A DNA stretch of 63,664 nucleotides, the filler included, from Chiloscyllium plagiosum (lineage: Eukaryota): assembly GCF_004010195.1 (NCBI RefSeq). It is 4 parts of one record of this genome, joined end to end, with 100 filler letters (N's around TTAATTAATTAA, not from the genome) between each part and the next. Parts side by side here need not be neighbours in the genome. Positions count along the whole stretch, not along the records: positions 1 to 28,121 come from NC_057712.1; positions 28,222 to 51,209 come from NC_057712.1; 2 more parts are not named here. The stretch is one strand, 5' to 3'. Below the pieces are notes generated by a model, which was given only the letters and a program-made list of their open reading frames with translations, did no database searches and had not been told where the DNA came from. The translations under genes and the position numbers were made by a program. This document shows positions 24,566 through 36,940 of this stretch, one piece after another. Position 1 is the first letter of the stretch. Every line of letters starts with the position of its first letter.

Positions 24566-25418
24566 ATTATTAGATGCAATGCCGATTGTATGAATCACCT
24601 TGGGAAAGCTATTGAGCAAACATGATTCATCTTTCAAGCAGCAGGATTTATTCAGTAAAGTTGGGAAAAGGACAGGAGTTTTTTTTTAGGCTTTGAAAGA
24701 TAGGAAATCATCAAGTTTAGCCAAGAAGGTTGGAAATATCCATTTTGGCTGAGAAAGAGCAGGAAAATATTCCCATTCGCAGCACTGAGAAGCAGCATTG
24801 CTATCCTGCAAAGTTAAAACTCTTTATGGTAAGGAAAAGAAAACCTTGTTGCTATACAGCAGGATTAAAAGTATTTAACCCATCGAGATACAGCAGCATT
24901 TAAGTGTTAAAATAAGCAGAATAATCATTTTAGGAAGAAATAGAAGTAGAAATAAAATTGTCAGGAAGATTTAATTTCAGAAATAGGCAAAACAAAGTAC
25001 AGAATTGGGCACCTTGGAGAAATTGGTTCTTACGATGCAGAATTGTTTTCTGTGGGAGAAAACAATAAACCACTTGGGCCTGCCCACGACTTGTTCCCAG
25101 AAACCATGCCTGTTCTTCACTAAACAGAGCCTACCCACAATACCTCAACTTAACCACAATCAGCTCAGGAACTAAACCAGTAAACAAGGCATTACCCTAA
25201 ACAGCTTCCAGACTGAAGGAATACACTCCTTCGGTGATCTGACAACAGACTTCCTACCTCAAAATAGCATCACCGCTCCTGCAGCCCAGAGGACATCTCC
25301 AGTCATCTCAGGGACTGAAGCCCCGCAAAGTCTACCTAGACCGAGTGGCAGCCAGATATCTGACAAGAATGCACATCACCCTGCAGACCCACTGAAACCA
25401 GGATCCTGGACATTCGCG

Positions 25419-25682
25419 AGGAGAAAGTGAGGACTGCAGATGCTGGAGATCAGAGCTGAAAATGTGTTGCTGGAAAAGCGCAGCACGTCAGGCAGCATCC
25501 AAGGAGCAGGAGAATCGACGTTTCGGGCATAAGCCCTTCAGGAATGAAGCCCTTCCTGAAGAAGGGCTTATGCCCAAAACGTCGATTCTCCTGCTCCTTG
25601 GATGCTGCCTGACCTACTGCGCTTTTCCAGCAACACATTTTTCAGCTCTGATCTCCAGCATCTACAGTCCTCACTTTCTTCT
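25419..25682. mobile_element. Near-perfect ~264-bp palindrome made of two opposed PLE family A pLTRs
   Basis: Arms 25419-25544 and 25553-25682 are reverse complements with few mismatches; ~8-nt loop. Confidence 0.9.
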
Positions 25683-28121
25683 AGTCTGGGAAAATGAACA
25701 AACAGTGAATTTCATAACTAATCTTAGAGGAACTGGTTTGGGCGAAGTTCACAGCACAGAAGCAGATAAGTTAATCATTGTTTTAAGTGTGTCCAACAGA
25801 AAGGCTGCAGTAGTGATTAGAGTGGGCTCTTTCTTGATTATATGTTTTTGGAGATATGCCCCTTGATAAAACTTAAAATATAAGCCATAACTATTCATTT
25901 AACCTGGGGCAGTGTTTTGTAGAGGAATAAGACGAGGTTATTTTCTGGGTCTGTAGATTGTGAAGGAGCAAAAATGACCTTTAGTACTGTGATATGTACT
26001 TCTTGTCAGCTGTGGGAGTTTAAAAAGAGATTAAGGGTTACTGCGGATTATATCTGCCATCAATGCTGTTGGATGAGAATCTTATCAGATTGAATGGATT
26101 GGTTGGAGAGATAGTTAGAAGCAATGAGGAATTTGCAACAGAGCAGTATGTGATGGATGGCAGTTATAGAAAGGCGGGCAAGTTTCAGATACTGTCACAT
26201 AGATGGGTTAACTCCAGGAAGGGTGAGTGCAGGAGTCTTTTGTAGATATACCCATTTCAAAACAGGTATGCTGTTTTGGAAAATGTGGGGAATGATGGAT
26301 TCTCAGGGGAACGTAGCACAAACAGCCAAGTTTCTGGTACTGAGACTGGCTCCAATGGAACAAACGGTACATCAGCTTCCAAGAGATCAATTGTGTTAGC
26401 GGATTCTGTAGTCCGAGGTACACAGACGTTTCTGTGGCCAGCAGCAAAAAAGCAGAATGGTGTGTTGTTTCCCTGGTGCCAGGATCAAGGATGTCTCAGA
26501 GAGGGTGCAGAATGTTCTCATGGGGCCAGCAAGAGGTCATTGTCCACATTGGAACCAACAACATTGAAAAGGAAAAGGTTGAGACTCTGAAGGGAGATTA
26601 CAGAGTTAGGCACTCGAGAGTAGAAATATCTGGATTACTCCCAGTACTAGTGAGGGCAGGAATAGGAGGATAGAGCAGATGAATGCGTGGCTGAGGAGCT
26701 GGTGTATGGGAGAAGGATTCACATTTTTGGATCATTGGAATCTCTTTTGGGTAGAAGTGACCTGTACAAGAAGGATGGATTGCACCCAAACTGGAAGGAG
26801 ACTAATATACTGGCAGGAAATTTGCTAGAGCTGCTCGGACGGATTTAAACTGGTAAGGTGGGGGGTGGCACCCAGGGAGATAGTGAGGAAAGAGATCAAT
26901 CTGAGACTGGTACAATTGAGAACATAAGTGAGTCAAACAGTCAGGGCAGGCAGGGACAAGGTAGGACTGATAAATTAAACTGCTTTTATTTCAATGCAAG
27001 GGGCCTAACAGGGAAGGCAGATTAACTCAGGGCATGGTTAGGAACATGGAACTGGGATATCATAACAATGACAGAAACATGGCTCAAGGATGGGCAGGAC
27101 TGGCAGCTTAATGTTCCAGGATACAAATGCTACAGGAAGGATAGAAAGGGAGGCAAGAGAGGAGGGGGAGTGGCATTTTTGATAAGGGATAGCATTATAG
27201 CTGTGCTGAGGGAGGATATTCCTGGAAATACATCCAGGCAAGTTATTTGGGTGGAACTGAGAAATAGGAAAGGGATGATCACCTTATTGGGATAGTATTT
27301 TAGACCCCCTAATAGTCAGAGGGAAATGGAAAAACAAACTTGCAAGGAGGTCTCAGCTATCTGTAAGAATAATTGGGTGGCTATGGTAGGGGATTTTAAC
27401 TTTGCAAACACAGACTAGGACTGCCATAATATTACGGGTTTAGATCGAGAAGAATTTGTTAAGCGTGTACAAGACAATTTTCTGATTCAGTATGTGGTTG
27501 TACCTACTAGAGAAAGTGCAAAACTTGCCCTACTCTTGGGAAATAAGGCAGGGCAGGTGACTGAGAGGTCAGTGGGGGAGCACATTGGGGCCAGCGACCA
27601 TAATTCTATTAGATTTAAAATAGTAATGGAAAAGGATAGACCAGATCTAAAAGTTGAAGTTCTAAATTGGAGAAAGGCCAATTTCGACGTTATTAGGCAA
27701 GAACTTTTGAAAGCTGATTGGGGGCAGATGTTCGCGGGTAAAGTGACGGCTGGAAAATGGGAAACCTTCAAAAATGAGATAACGAGAATCCAGAGAAAGT
27801 ATATTCCTGTCAGGGTGAAAGGAAAGGCTGGTAGGTATAGGGAATGCTGGATGACTAAAGAAATTGAGGGTTTGGTTAAGAAAAAGAAGGAAGCATATGT
27901 AAGATATAGACAGGATAGATCGAGTGAGTCCTTAGGAGAGTACAAAGGCAGTAGGAGTATACTTAAGAGGGAAACCAGGAGGGCAAAAAGGGGACATGAG
28001 ATAGCTTTGGCAAATAGAATTAAGGAGAATCCAAACGGTTTTTACAAATATATTAAGGATAAAAGGGTAACTAGGGAGAGGATAGGGCCCCTCAAAGATC
28101 AGCAAGGTGGCCTTTGTGTGG

Positions 28122-28221
28122 NNNNNNNNNNNNNNNNNNNNNNNNNNNNNNNNNNNNNNNNNNNNTTAATTAATTAANNNNNNNNNNNNNNNNNNNNNNN
28201 NNNNNNNNNNNNNNNNNNNNN
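28122..28221. other. Scaffold join: 44 N + TTAATTAATTAA + 44 N (same construct at 51210-51309 and 58879-58978)
   Basis: Identical 100-nt construct occurs three times; the 12-mer puts stop codons in all six frames. Confidence 0.95.
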
Positions 28222-28642
28222 TACATGTTGCGCCCCTGGCCCTGACCACTGTTAGGAGGTGTTACCTAACTCCCACTATGGTGTTTTTTTTGCCTTTGTG
28301 GTTCCTCAATTCGACCCACACAGACTCCACATCATCCGATGCTATGTCATTCAGCACCATAGATTTAATTTTGTTCTTAACTAACAAGGCAACCCCACCC
28401 CCTCTGCCCACCTCCCTGTCTTTTCGATAAGTTGAAAACCCTTGGATGTTTAATTGCCAGTCCTGACCCCCCTGTAACCACGTCTCTGTGATGCCTACCA
28501 CATCATAATCATTCACGATGATCTGTGCCATTAGTTCGTCTGCTTTGTTATGAATGCTACGAGCATTCGGGTAAAGTGCCTTAATGTTAACTTTCTTATC
28601 ATTAGAGATATTGGAAGTCATAAGATGTCCTAAGTTATCCTT
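28222..28642 (-). mobile_element. CR1 endonuclease fragment of a different subfamily, inverted within the 25.7-29.8 kb LINE
   Basis: ORF 28262-28687 NARSIHNKADELMAQI..DVVGITETWL..GGGVALLVK..ESVWVELRN. Confidence 0.85.
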
Positions 28643-30274
28643 CAGTAAGGCTTTCAACAAGGTTCCCCATGGGAGAATGGTGAGCAAGGTTAGATTTCAC
28701 AGAATACAGGGAGAACTTGCCATTTGGATACAGAACTGGCTCAAAAGGTAGAAGTCAGAGGGTGGTGGTGGAGGGTTGTTTTTCAGACTGGAAGCCTATG
28801 ACCAGTGGAGTGCCACAAGGATCGGTGCTGGGTCCACTACTTTTTGTCATTTATATAAATGATTTGTATGTGAGCATAAGAGGTACAGTTAGTAAGTTTG
28901 CTGATGACACCAAAATTGGAGGTGTAGTGGACAGCGAAGAAGGTCACCTTAGATTACAACAGGATCTGGACCAGATGGGCCAATGGGCTGAGAAGTGGCA
29001 GATAGAGTTTAATTCAGATAAATGTGAGATGCTGAATTTTGGGAAAGCAAATCTTAGCAGGATTTATACACTTAATGATAGGGAGCGTTGCTGAACAAAG
29101 AGACCTTGGAGTGCAGGTTCATAGCTCCTTGAAAGTGGAGTCGTGGGTAGATAGAATAGTGAAGAAGGCGTTTGGTATGCTTTCCTTTATTGGTCAGAGT
29201 ATTGAGTACAGGAGTTGGGAGGTCATGTTGCGGCTGTACACGACATTGGTTAGGCCACTGTTGGAATATTGCGTGCAATTCTGGTCTCCTTCCTGTTGGA
29301 AAGATGTTGTGAAACTTGAAAGGATTCAGAAAAGATTTACAAGGATGTTGCCAGGAGGACTTGAGCTATAGGGAGAGGTTGAATAGGCCGGGTCTAATTT
29401 CTCTGGAGTGTCAGAGGCTGAGGGGTAACCTTATTGTGGTTTATAAAATCATGAGGGCCATGGATAGGATAAATAGACAAAGTATTTTCCTGGGTAGGGG
29501 GAGTCCAGAACTAGAGGGCATAGGTTTAGAGTGAAAGGGGAAAGATATAAAAGAGACCTAAGAGACAACTTTTCATTCAGCAGATGGTACGTGTATGGAA
29601 TGAACATCCAGAGGAAATGGTGGAGGCTAATACGATTGCAACATTTAAATGACATCTGGATGGATATATGAATAGGAAGGGTTTAAAGGGATATGGGTCG
29701 GGTGCTGGCAGATGGGACTAAATTAGGTTGGGATATCTGGTTGGCATGGATGAGTTGGACCGAAGGGTCTGTTTTATGTGCTGTACATCTCTATGACTCT
29801 ATGATGAATTTTTGAAGTGGTGAAGTATGTCAATATAGAAAAATTGAACATTTTCAGACCATCTAAAACACCTCATTCAAATGAGCTGCTGGATAAAGCT
29901 CTTGTTATAGTCCTGAAACAAGCTATCCCAAAACCAAACTTGGTAGAATAACTCTTATTGCATTCATACAAAATAGGAATTTTTCATGCAAATCATCCAT
30001 GTTGTTTTTCTGATTTTCTGGAAAAGCAAATGTATTTTGACATTTTTTCAGTAAGAATTAGATTGAAATTAACACCATTAAAATTCACTTAAGATCTTTG
30101 GCACTCAGTCGCAGTGGGCACTGTACTCAAGGGGAAGTTACTTTGTTTTATGTTAATATGTAGAACACGGTTTTAAGTTGTCAATAAAATGAACAGGAAG
30201 AGTAATTATGTTAATTCTGTAAATGTACGTCTTTTGACTACTTCAGAAAATGCAACAGTAGAACAGAAACTTAC

Positions 30275-30457
30275 TTGTCTTAGCTGGTGTATTAATGGCA
30301 GCATTTGCTTTGGCCACATCATCTTTGAGTTTGCTACAGTTGTCCTGCAATCCCAGGAGATTCTGGTTTAAATCTTTTATTTCTGCCAGCACTGCATTTG
30401 CAGTGTCATTTGCCTGTTTGGCTTTCTCTTTAGCTGCTTGTATCTTGGCACTTGCAT
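30275..30457 (-). CDS. LAMA2: Laminin alpha-2 coding exon (183 nt, phase 1/1)
   Basis: aaatag|AT...ACA A|gtaagt. (D)ASAKIQAAKEKAKQANDTANAVLAEIKDLNQNLLGLQDNCSKLKDDVAKANAAINTPAKT matches human DTAAKLQAVKDKARQANDTAKDVLAQI.. (recalled). Confidence 0.95.
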
Positions 30458-30621
30458 CTATTTTATGGAAGAAATGTACATATTAATGTACTGCATGTTA
30501 ATATAAAAATAACTCAGCATTAACTTCACAACATAGTTAACATTGAACAGAAGGCATGCATTAAAGAGCTGATTTTCTGACATTGCATCACCAATACAGA
30601 GCATTGATCAGTGGAGACATA

Positions 30622-32664
30622 GAGTGGAATTTTCCAGGTCTTCATCCAACTCCACCATCACTACCCTGCATGCTCCATGGGCAACATTCTCTTCCATCCT
30701 TTGACCACACGAGTGGGCATTGCCAAGGCTTCATCACATCATCAAGGCTGTTTTCAGACCAATTCACACACTACTGAAGCACACTCCACTCTGGAGCTAA
30801 GGGGCATTTATACCTTGTATGCTTCTGCCAAGTCACAGCGGCATCGACACATCTCCGGTATCTACACAGGATGGTTCCTTCGTGTCTTTGCTTACTTTCT
30901 TAGCAGTCATGCACTCTGCACTGACTTGGATGCTGCAACCTCCTCTGGCTTGCATTGCTTTTTAGTTCAGTGGGAGCTGCAGCAGCTTCTCAACATCCTG
31001 AGCACTGAATTGTTCAGGGACAGACATGTTGATGTGCAGCACTGTCAATTCACACCTCCTGGTGGAGTAAATGGGGACAATGTTCACTCTGGGGCTGCCA
31101 CTATTGTCAGATAAGGGGCACATCCAATCTCAGTACAGATGATTGGGCCACAGTCAGCCTTATAGAACAAGTGCAACCAGTCTGGGAATCACAGAGGCAT
31201 CAGTCAAACTGCTGAGGAGACATCCATCCTTTGATCCTGCTTATCGACTGTCCCTGTTGTTGCAGTTCCTGAGCCTTCTGATGTCAGTAACAGCCAAGAC
31301 CAGGACTTAGCTTCTGCCTTGGCCCAAGCAGGTTATCTGGTCATTACCAGTCACTGAGGATAACTTTTTTTTATCTAACTGCAGAGTTTTGTCAGTGATG
31401 TGCTCACCAGATTGTGCTCCCAATTCTAATCTAGAAACAGAAAACACTAGGGTGTTGGCCTGAGCTTGTGGTGGGTGCCGCCTTGTCAATTCATCCTCAG
31501 AGGGGAGAGTGACCTCCTCCTAAGGGTCGCTAGTACTGATCTATGTCTCCTAGTGGTTTGCTGGGTCTCATTAATGCCTACATAAAAGAAGAGAGGGAAT
31601 TATTTGTGAAGAAAGGGTCAAAAAGTATTCAGGATAAGAATGAGTTTGCACTGGTGTTAATGGCGGAACAGCACAGCACAACACAATGTAGCTCACTCAC
31701 TTGGTTGCTCATGGAGATCTCTCTATCCCCTCTGAGTTACTGCGTTCTTCTCCAGCCAACTCCAGAATTTTTCCTCAAATTGTGAAGGACCAAATATCTG
31801 CCCTCCTCACAACCATCTTTGCCCTCTCCAGCTAGTGAGGAAACATAACTTTCTAAAATGACACAGAGGGACGAATTGAGGGGGATGGAAATTAATGGGA
31901 GAGGAATTATTGGTGATCGAGGGATGGGAGAAGTGACCAGGTATCTGCTGTGAATGAGCAGGAAGTGCAGAGGACAGGAAGGGTTAGTAGTTTGCAAGTA
32001 TGAGGTGGGTGAGAGATGTTGAGTGGACATGTTGCACAGTCATTGTTGCACTCCATTGACCTTGGTGAGAGGTGTTAGAATGAGTAGCAATGTCCTTGAC
32101 AGCTTGAGATAGGAGGGAAAACATGATGACACTTACCTTGCTGAGCACAGAAAAACTTGACCTTCTTCCTACACTGCTTGTTTTTTTTAAAATATTCAGG
32201 ACACCTCACTGCCTTGGAATGCTAACTCTGTCCAGGTTGGCTGCATCTGGTGGCCTGGCCTCCTTTACTGGAGATGGCAATGCCTTTCTTTTGAAGAACC
32301 CGTCCACGAGCACTTCTAGGTCCGAGTCAGCAAAGCAAAGAGCGACTTTCCCTTTCCGTGTCGTGTTGTTTGGGATCAGAAAGCAAGACCACAAGGTGAG
32401 AGGCAGTTCCTGGTTTGGAGCATTTGCAGTGCTGTGGAGCTGGGTTTAAATATGGAGCCAGCAGTGCGAACATCACCAAATCCCTGCGGTGGCGAGAACT
32501 TCCACCTCTCCTGCCTCACAATTCCATAGGACAGGCCCTGAAAAGGCCAGTTAGGCCATGACTGACTCAAGACTGGTGACTGCTGGAGAAATGAGCCACA
32601 GTCGACTACCACCATGAATCTCAGACAAAAAAAAATTTGCTAGAAAAAATGGAACATTCAGCCC
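30622..32664 (-). mobile_element. PIF/Harbinger-type DNA transposon remnant carrying a decayed, intron-containing Myb/SANT (NAIF1-like) gene
   Basis: TIR-like ends GAGTGGAATTTTCC / GGAACATTCAGCCC. Minus-strand RKGKVALCFADSDLEVLVDG..PTWTELA..KQCRKKV then a gtaagt donor (~32136). A second exon (~31853-31700) has ..ERAK..FEEKILELAGEE-like sequence. Stops and frameshifts present. Confidence 0.6.
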
Positions 32665-32846
32665 AACAGATCTGAAATTGTGAGTATATTGCCCATTGAT
32701 TTTACTCAATAGGTTACAGGACAGAATAAAAAGGTCATTTTGATAATTTCTGTTAGCAGATAAAACTTAGAAGAACAGAATGTGACCAATTTCATCCAAA
32801 ATAAACTGCACAAGCATAAAGAGCCATACGTCAGAATAAAACTTAC

Positions 32847-32963
32847 CTTTGGGAATGGCATGAAGTTTCGCAAGTGTATCGTTTAAGGCTTTCAGCAAGT
32901 TTTTGTTTTTGGTTGTACCATCATTTAGCCTATTTTCTAAGTTATTCAAGTTATCTCTTTTCT
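32847..32963 (-). CDS. LAMA2: Laminin alpha-2 coding exon (117 nt, phase 1/1)
   Basis: tttcag|AG...AAA G|gtaagt. (E)KRDNLNNLENRLNDGTTKNKNLLKALNDTLAKLHAIPK vs human ..LLRTLNDTLGKLSAIPN. Confidence 0.95.
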
Positions 32964-35302
32964 CTGAAAGACAATAACAAAAGCTTCAAGACATGACATC
33001 TACATCATGGCACAGTTTTCTCAAAATGAATTAATTATTTGTTTGTACATTTCTAACTGCCTGAGTTGAATATAGTGGTTTTTTTCATACTTTTGAATTG
33101 TTCATGCTATAGTTTAGGGATGTATGCACACATGAACCATATTAATCAATCAGACCACTCTTTGATGTGTGATCCATGCCTACGTTAATGTTCTCATACA
33201 TGGTTGCAACAGAATATGATTTGACTTGTCACATGTAATGAGGTACAGTGAAAGGTTTTGTTTTGTGTGCAGAACAGGCAAATCATACCATATAACGTGC
33301 ATAAGGGGAATAGAACAGAGCGAAGAATATAATGTTATGGCTGTAAAGAAGGTGCACAAAGAGCAGATCAACATTCAATTTAAAATTTGAGAAGTCCATT
33401 CAGAAATCAAATAAGTGCTCCAAAACCATTGAGGAAAGACTTAGAAAAGTCAAAGTGTTCCCCTTCAAAGTGCTCAATGCTTGGCATTGACTGAGTATGG
33501 AGTTGTGATTGGACAGAATTGAGTGAGACTTTAAACCTTGGCATAGTCATCAATTACTACATACAGTCTCAAATTTGCTATAGTCCACTGAACAAAGTGT
33601 CACATTGACTGCTGGTATGCTTACGTCAGAAAGCATCAATACATTTCAAAGATTGTAGAAAAATAATACCTTTAGTTCACTAGGAAGTAAAGTTGGCTAA
33701 GAAGTCAACTGACCTTTTAGTTGAACGTTTTAGGGATTACAGGCTACAAGCTTTTTGAATACATGGATCATGTTCAGTACCAGAAATGATAACCAGCCTA
33801 ACATATCAGATGTTAAATTTGACTGGGATTCTACAGACAATTTTAAACTCGATGTAGGGCATGTTTTAAAGTAATGGATATCTGACAAGCACAACCAATA
33901 TAAAGAACATGGCATTGCAGATTGTTAGAACAGATGATGAGTGTCATGAGTGAATCAGTAATTTTCACACAACGATTTCTCTCAACTCCAAAGGTCTTAT
34001 TTCCTGTGAAGCCTGGTGTACGTTTGTATGCTAAATATCTGGTAATGTAGCAAAACCAAAAATTAAACAGAACAGCTCCCAGTTGCTGACCAGTTGGCCT
34101 TTTGCATTTCCTGGGCTGAGGTATCCATTGAACAAAACAAAGTGATAGAGTCATAGAGAAGTACAGCACAGAAACAGACCCCTCGGTCCAACTTGTCCAT
34201 GCCGACCACATATCCCAAACTAATCTAGTCTCATTTGCTAGTATTTGGCCCATATCCTTCGAGATCCTTCCTATTCATATGCCCATCCACGTGACTTTTA
34301 AATATTGTAATTGTACCAGCCTCCACCACTTCCTCCGGCATCTTATTCCATAAACACACCACCCTCTGTGTGGAAAAGTTGCCCCTTAGGTCCCTTTTAT
34401 ATCTTTCCCATCTCACCTTAAACCTATGGCCTCCACTTTTGGACTCCCCCACCCCAGGGAAAAGACTTTGTCCATTTATCCTGTGCATGCCCCTCATGAT
34501 TTTATAAACCTCTATAAGGTCAACCCTCAGCCTCCGACACTCCAGGGAAAATAGCCCCAGCCAATTCAGCCTCTCTCAACAGCTCAAATCCTCCAACCCT
34601 GGCAACATCCTTGTAAATCTTTTCTGAACCCTTTCAAGTTTCACAACATCCTTCCAATAGGAAAGAGACCAAAATTGCACCAATATTCCAACAGTGGTCT
34701 AACCAATGTTCTGTACAGCCACAACACGATCTCCCAACTCCTGTACTCAATGCTCTGCCCAATGAAGGAAAGCATTCCAAACGCCTTCTTCACTATCCTA
34801 TTCTCCTGCGAGTTCACTTTCAAGGAGTGATGTACTTGCACTCCAAGGTCTCTTTGTTCAGAAACACTCCCCAGGGCCTTCCCATTACGTGAACAAGTCC
34901 TGCTCTGATTTGTGTTTCCAAAATGCAGCATCTCCTAATTAAACTCCATCTGCCACTCCTCAGACCATTGGCCCATCTGATCAATATTCCATTGTACTCT
35001 GAGGTAACCTTCTTCATTGTCCACTACACCTCCAATGTTGGTGTCATTGCAAACTTACTAACCAAACCTCCTATGTTCACATCTAAATCATTTATATCAA
35101 TGACTGAAAGCAGTGGATCCACCACCGATCCTTGTGGCAAACCACTGGTCACAGGCCTCTGTCTTCTACCTTCGAGCTAGTTCTGTATCCAATTGGCCAG
35201 TTCTCTCTGTATTCCATGAGATCTAATCTTGCTAACCAGTTTATTATGAGGAACCTTGCTGAATGCTTGAATTCCATATAGATCACGTCTACTGCTCTGC
35301 CC

Positions 35303-36940
35303 TAGATGTCACAGTTGAATGTACAGTTAACGGAGAGCTTCAAACCAGCATCCACAAAAAAAAACACATATGGTCCAAATACTTAACTTCAGAAGCAATC
35401 ATCCCAACACCCACTAACGGAGCTGCATCAATACATTGTTTCAACGAGCTGCATCACACTACAGCACCCAAGAACTACAAAAAACAAAAGTAAAATATCT
35501 ACAGGGGAACCTCATTTTTGTGAACCAATTATCCGAATATCGGATTATCCTTAGGAGATCTCAAGGTCCCGATAGAAACATTACACCAAAGACTTGTGCC
35601 CAACACTGGTTGTGTCTTTTGTTTACATTGATTTGAAGTACTGCCGAGAACAGTCCTGGATTGATGGGAGCACAGGCACCGCCTCTAAATGACTGACCTC
35701 CCGACCCTCTCTCTCTCTCTCTCTCCCTCCCCACACTTTCCCTGGAGTTCTACACACGGCGTACCCTAAACACCCCCTTTCCCAGATAATTCTCCAACAT
35801 TGTCCTGTGCAGGACAGAGATGGAACCTGTCAAAAAGTTGCAGTAAAACGATGTGTGTGTGTGTCTGAGTGCACTGTTTGGAGACTCACCGCCCAAAAGG
35901 CAGTAGCAGCAACAGCAGCAGTCCTGTTGTTGGTGTCCAGTCCAGCTGTCCTGGAGATGGGGGATGCGGGTGGGTGCAGACGGGGGTCGCACAGGGGCAG
36001 GGGATGGGGTTGGACAGAGTTTGAGAGGTGGGTGAGGGCTCACGTGTGCTGTGCTGCTGCTAGTCTCCTGAACGGGGAGCAGTCTTAATAAAAAACTCCG
36101 TGCCCCAGAGGAAAAGCATTGAATTGATTAACTGAATAATCAATTATCTGAACATTATACTGCCTGCCCATCTTGTTCGGATAATTGAGGTTCCTCTGTA
36201 TACCACGTTTTCAATGGAAACTCAATAAATACAATCCACTGATTCCTCAGAAACAAATCAAAACAAGCAGACACAAAGCAACCAAAAAGTGTAGCCACAT
36301 GACCTTACATCAAAGGCATATCATAATCTACTTCCAGACTACTCAGACCCCTTGGCATCATGGTAGCCCACAAACCTACCAACACACTTAAACAGCAACT
36401 GATGAACCTAAAGGATCCATTAGAGACTATCAGCAAAACTAACGTCATTTACAAGATACCATGCAAGAACTGTAAAAAACACTACATCGGATGAACTAGC
36501 AGGAAATTTGCCACCAGGATACATGAACACCAACAGGCCACCAAAAGACATGACTCACTGTCACTAGTTTCCATACATACAGACAAAGGAGGACACCCCT
36601 TTGACTGAAACAACACACACATCCTAGGATAGGCGAAACAAAGACATGCACGAGAATTCTTAGAGGCATGTCATTCTAACCAGAATTCCATCAATAAATA
36701 CATCGATTTAGATCCTATCTACCTTCCCTTAAAAAAAGAACCGGAAATGACATCACCCATCTTATTAAACCAAGACCAATAAATTGGGAGGTGGGACATA
36801 CCACCAGCACTTTACCGGAGACTCTCACTGATAATGTTACCTAGTATGGTGATGAAACATCTCAAAACAAACCTTCCAACTCAGTGAGCTAACTTACATA
36901 CTTATCATCAACCTGAGCTACCAATCTTCTCAAAAATCGC
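35303..36940 (+). mobile_element. 5'-truncated Penelope-like element (family B): RT thumb, GIY-YIG endonuclease and 3' pLTR with degenerate hammerhead
   Basis: LDVTVECTVNGELQTS..LNFRSNHP..; NVIYKIPCKNCKKHYIG*TSRKFATRIHEHQ (GIY-YIG); pLTR CACTGATAATGTTACCTAGTATGGTGATGAAACATC at ~36826-36861. Confidence 0.9.
35502..36198. mobile_element. Tigger/pogo-type non-autonomous DNA transposon nested in the Penelope
   Basis: TIRs CAGGGGAACCTC / GAGGTTCCTCTG; TA TSDs at 35500-01 and 36199-200. Excision restores K-Y-L-Y-H-V-F in the PLE frame. Confidence 0.88.

Larger units (their letters stand above)
25750..29805 (+). mobile_element. Near full-length decayed CR1 LINE (ORF1 zinc-finger/coiled-coil/SGNH esterase; ORF2 APE endonuclease + RT; CTCTATGA tail), broken by a gap
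   Basis: CTSCQLWE..YICHQC; VLADSVVRGT, VIVHIGTNNI, DGLHPNW; FNARGL, TETWL, GASDHN; GVPQGSVLGPLLFVIYINDL..SKFADDTK; tail CTCTATGACTCTATGA at ~29790-29805. Confidence 0.92.

Noticed and set aside
25450..25866. Recurrent small 'MCCWKSAAGQAASKEQENRRFGHKPF' ORF family (also 4859, 7521/7629, 23666, 50972)
   Set aside because: These are antisense translations of the multicopy Penelope pLTR. Lengths and frames vary with flanking DNA, so there is no evidence of a real peptide family.
28166..28177. Palindromic TTAATTAATTAA, also at 51254-65 and 58923-34
   Set aside because: Always centred in 44 N + 44 N: an artificial six-frame-stop scaffold linker. Adjacency and orientation across these joins are uncertain.
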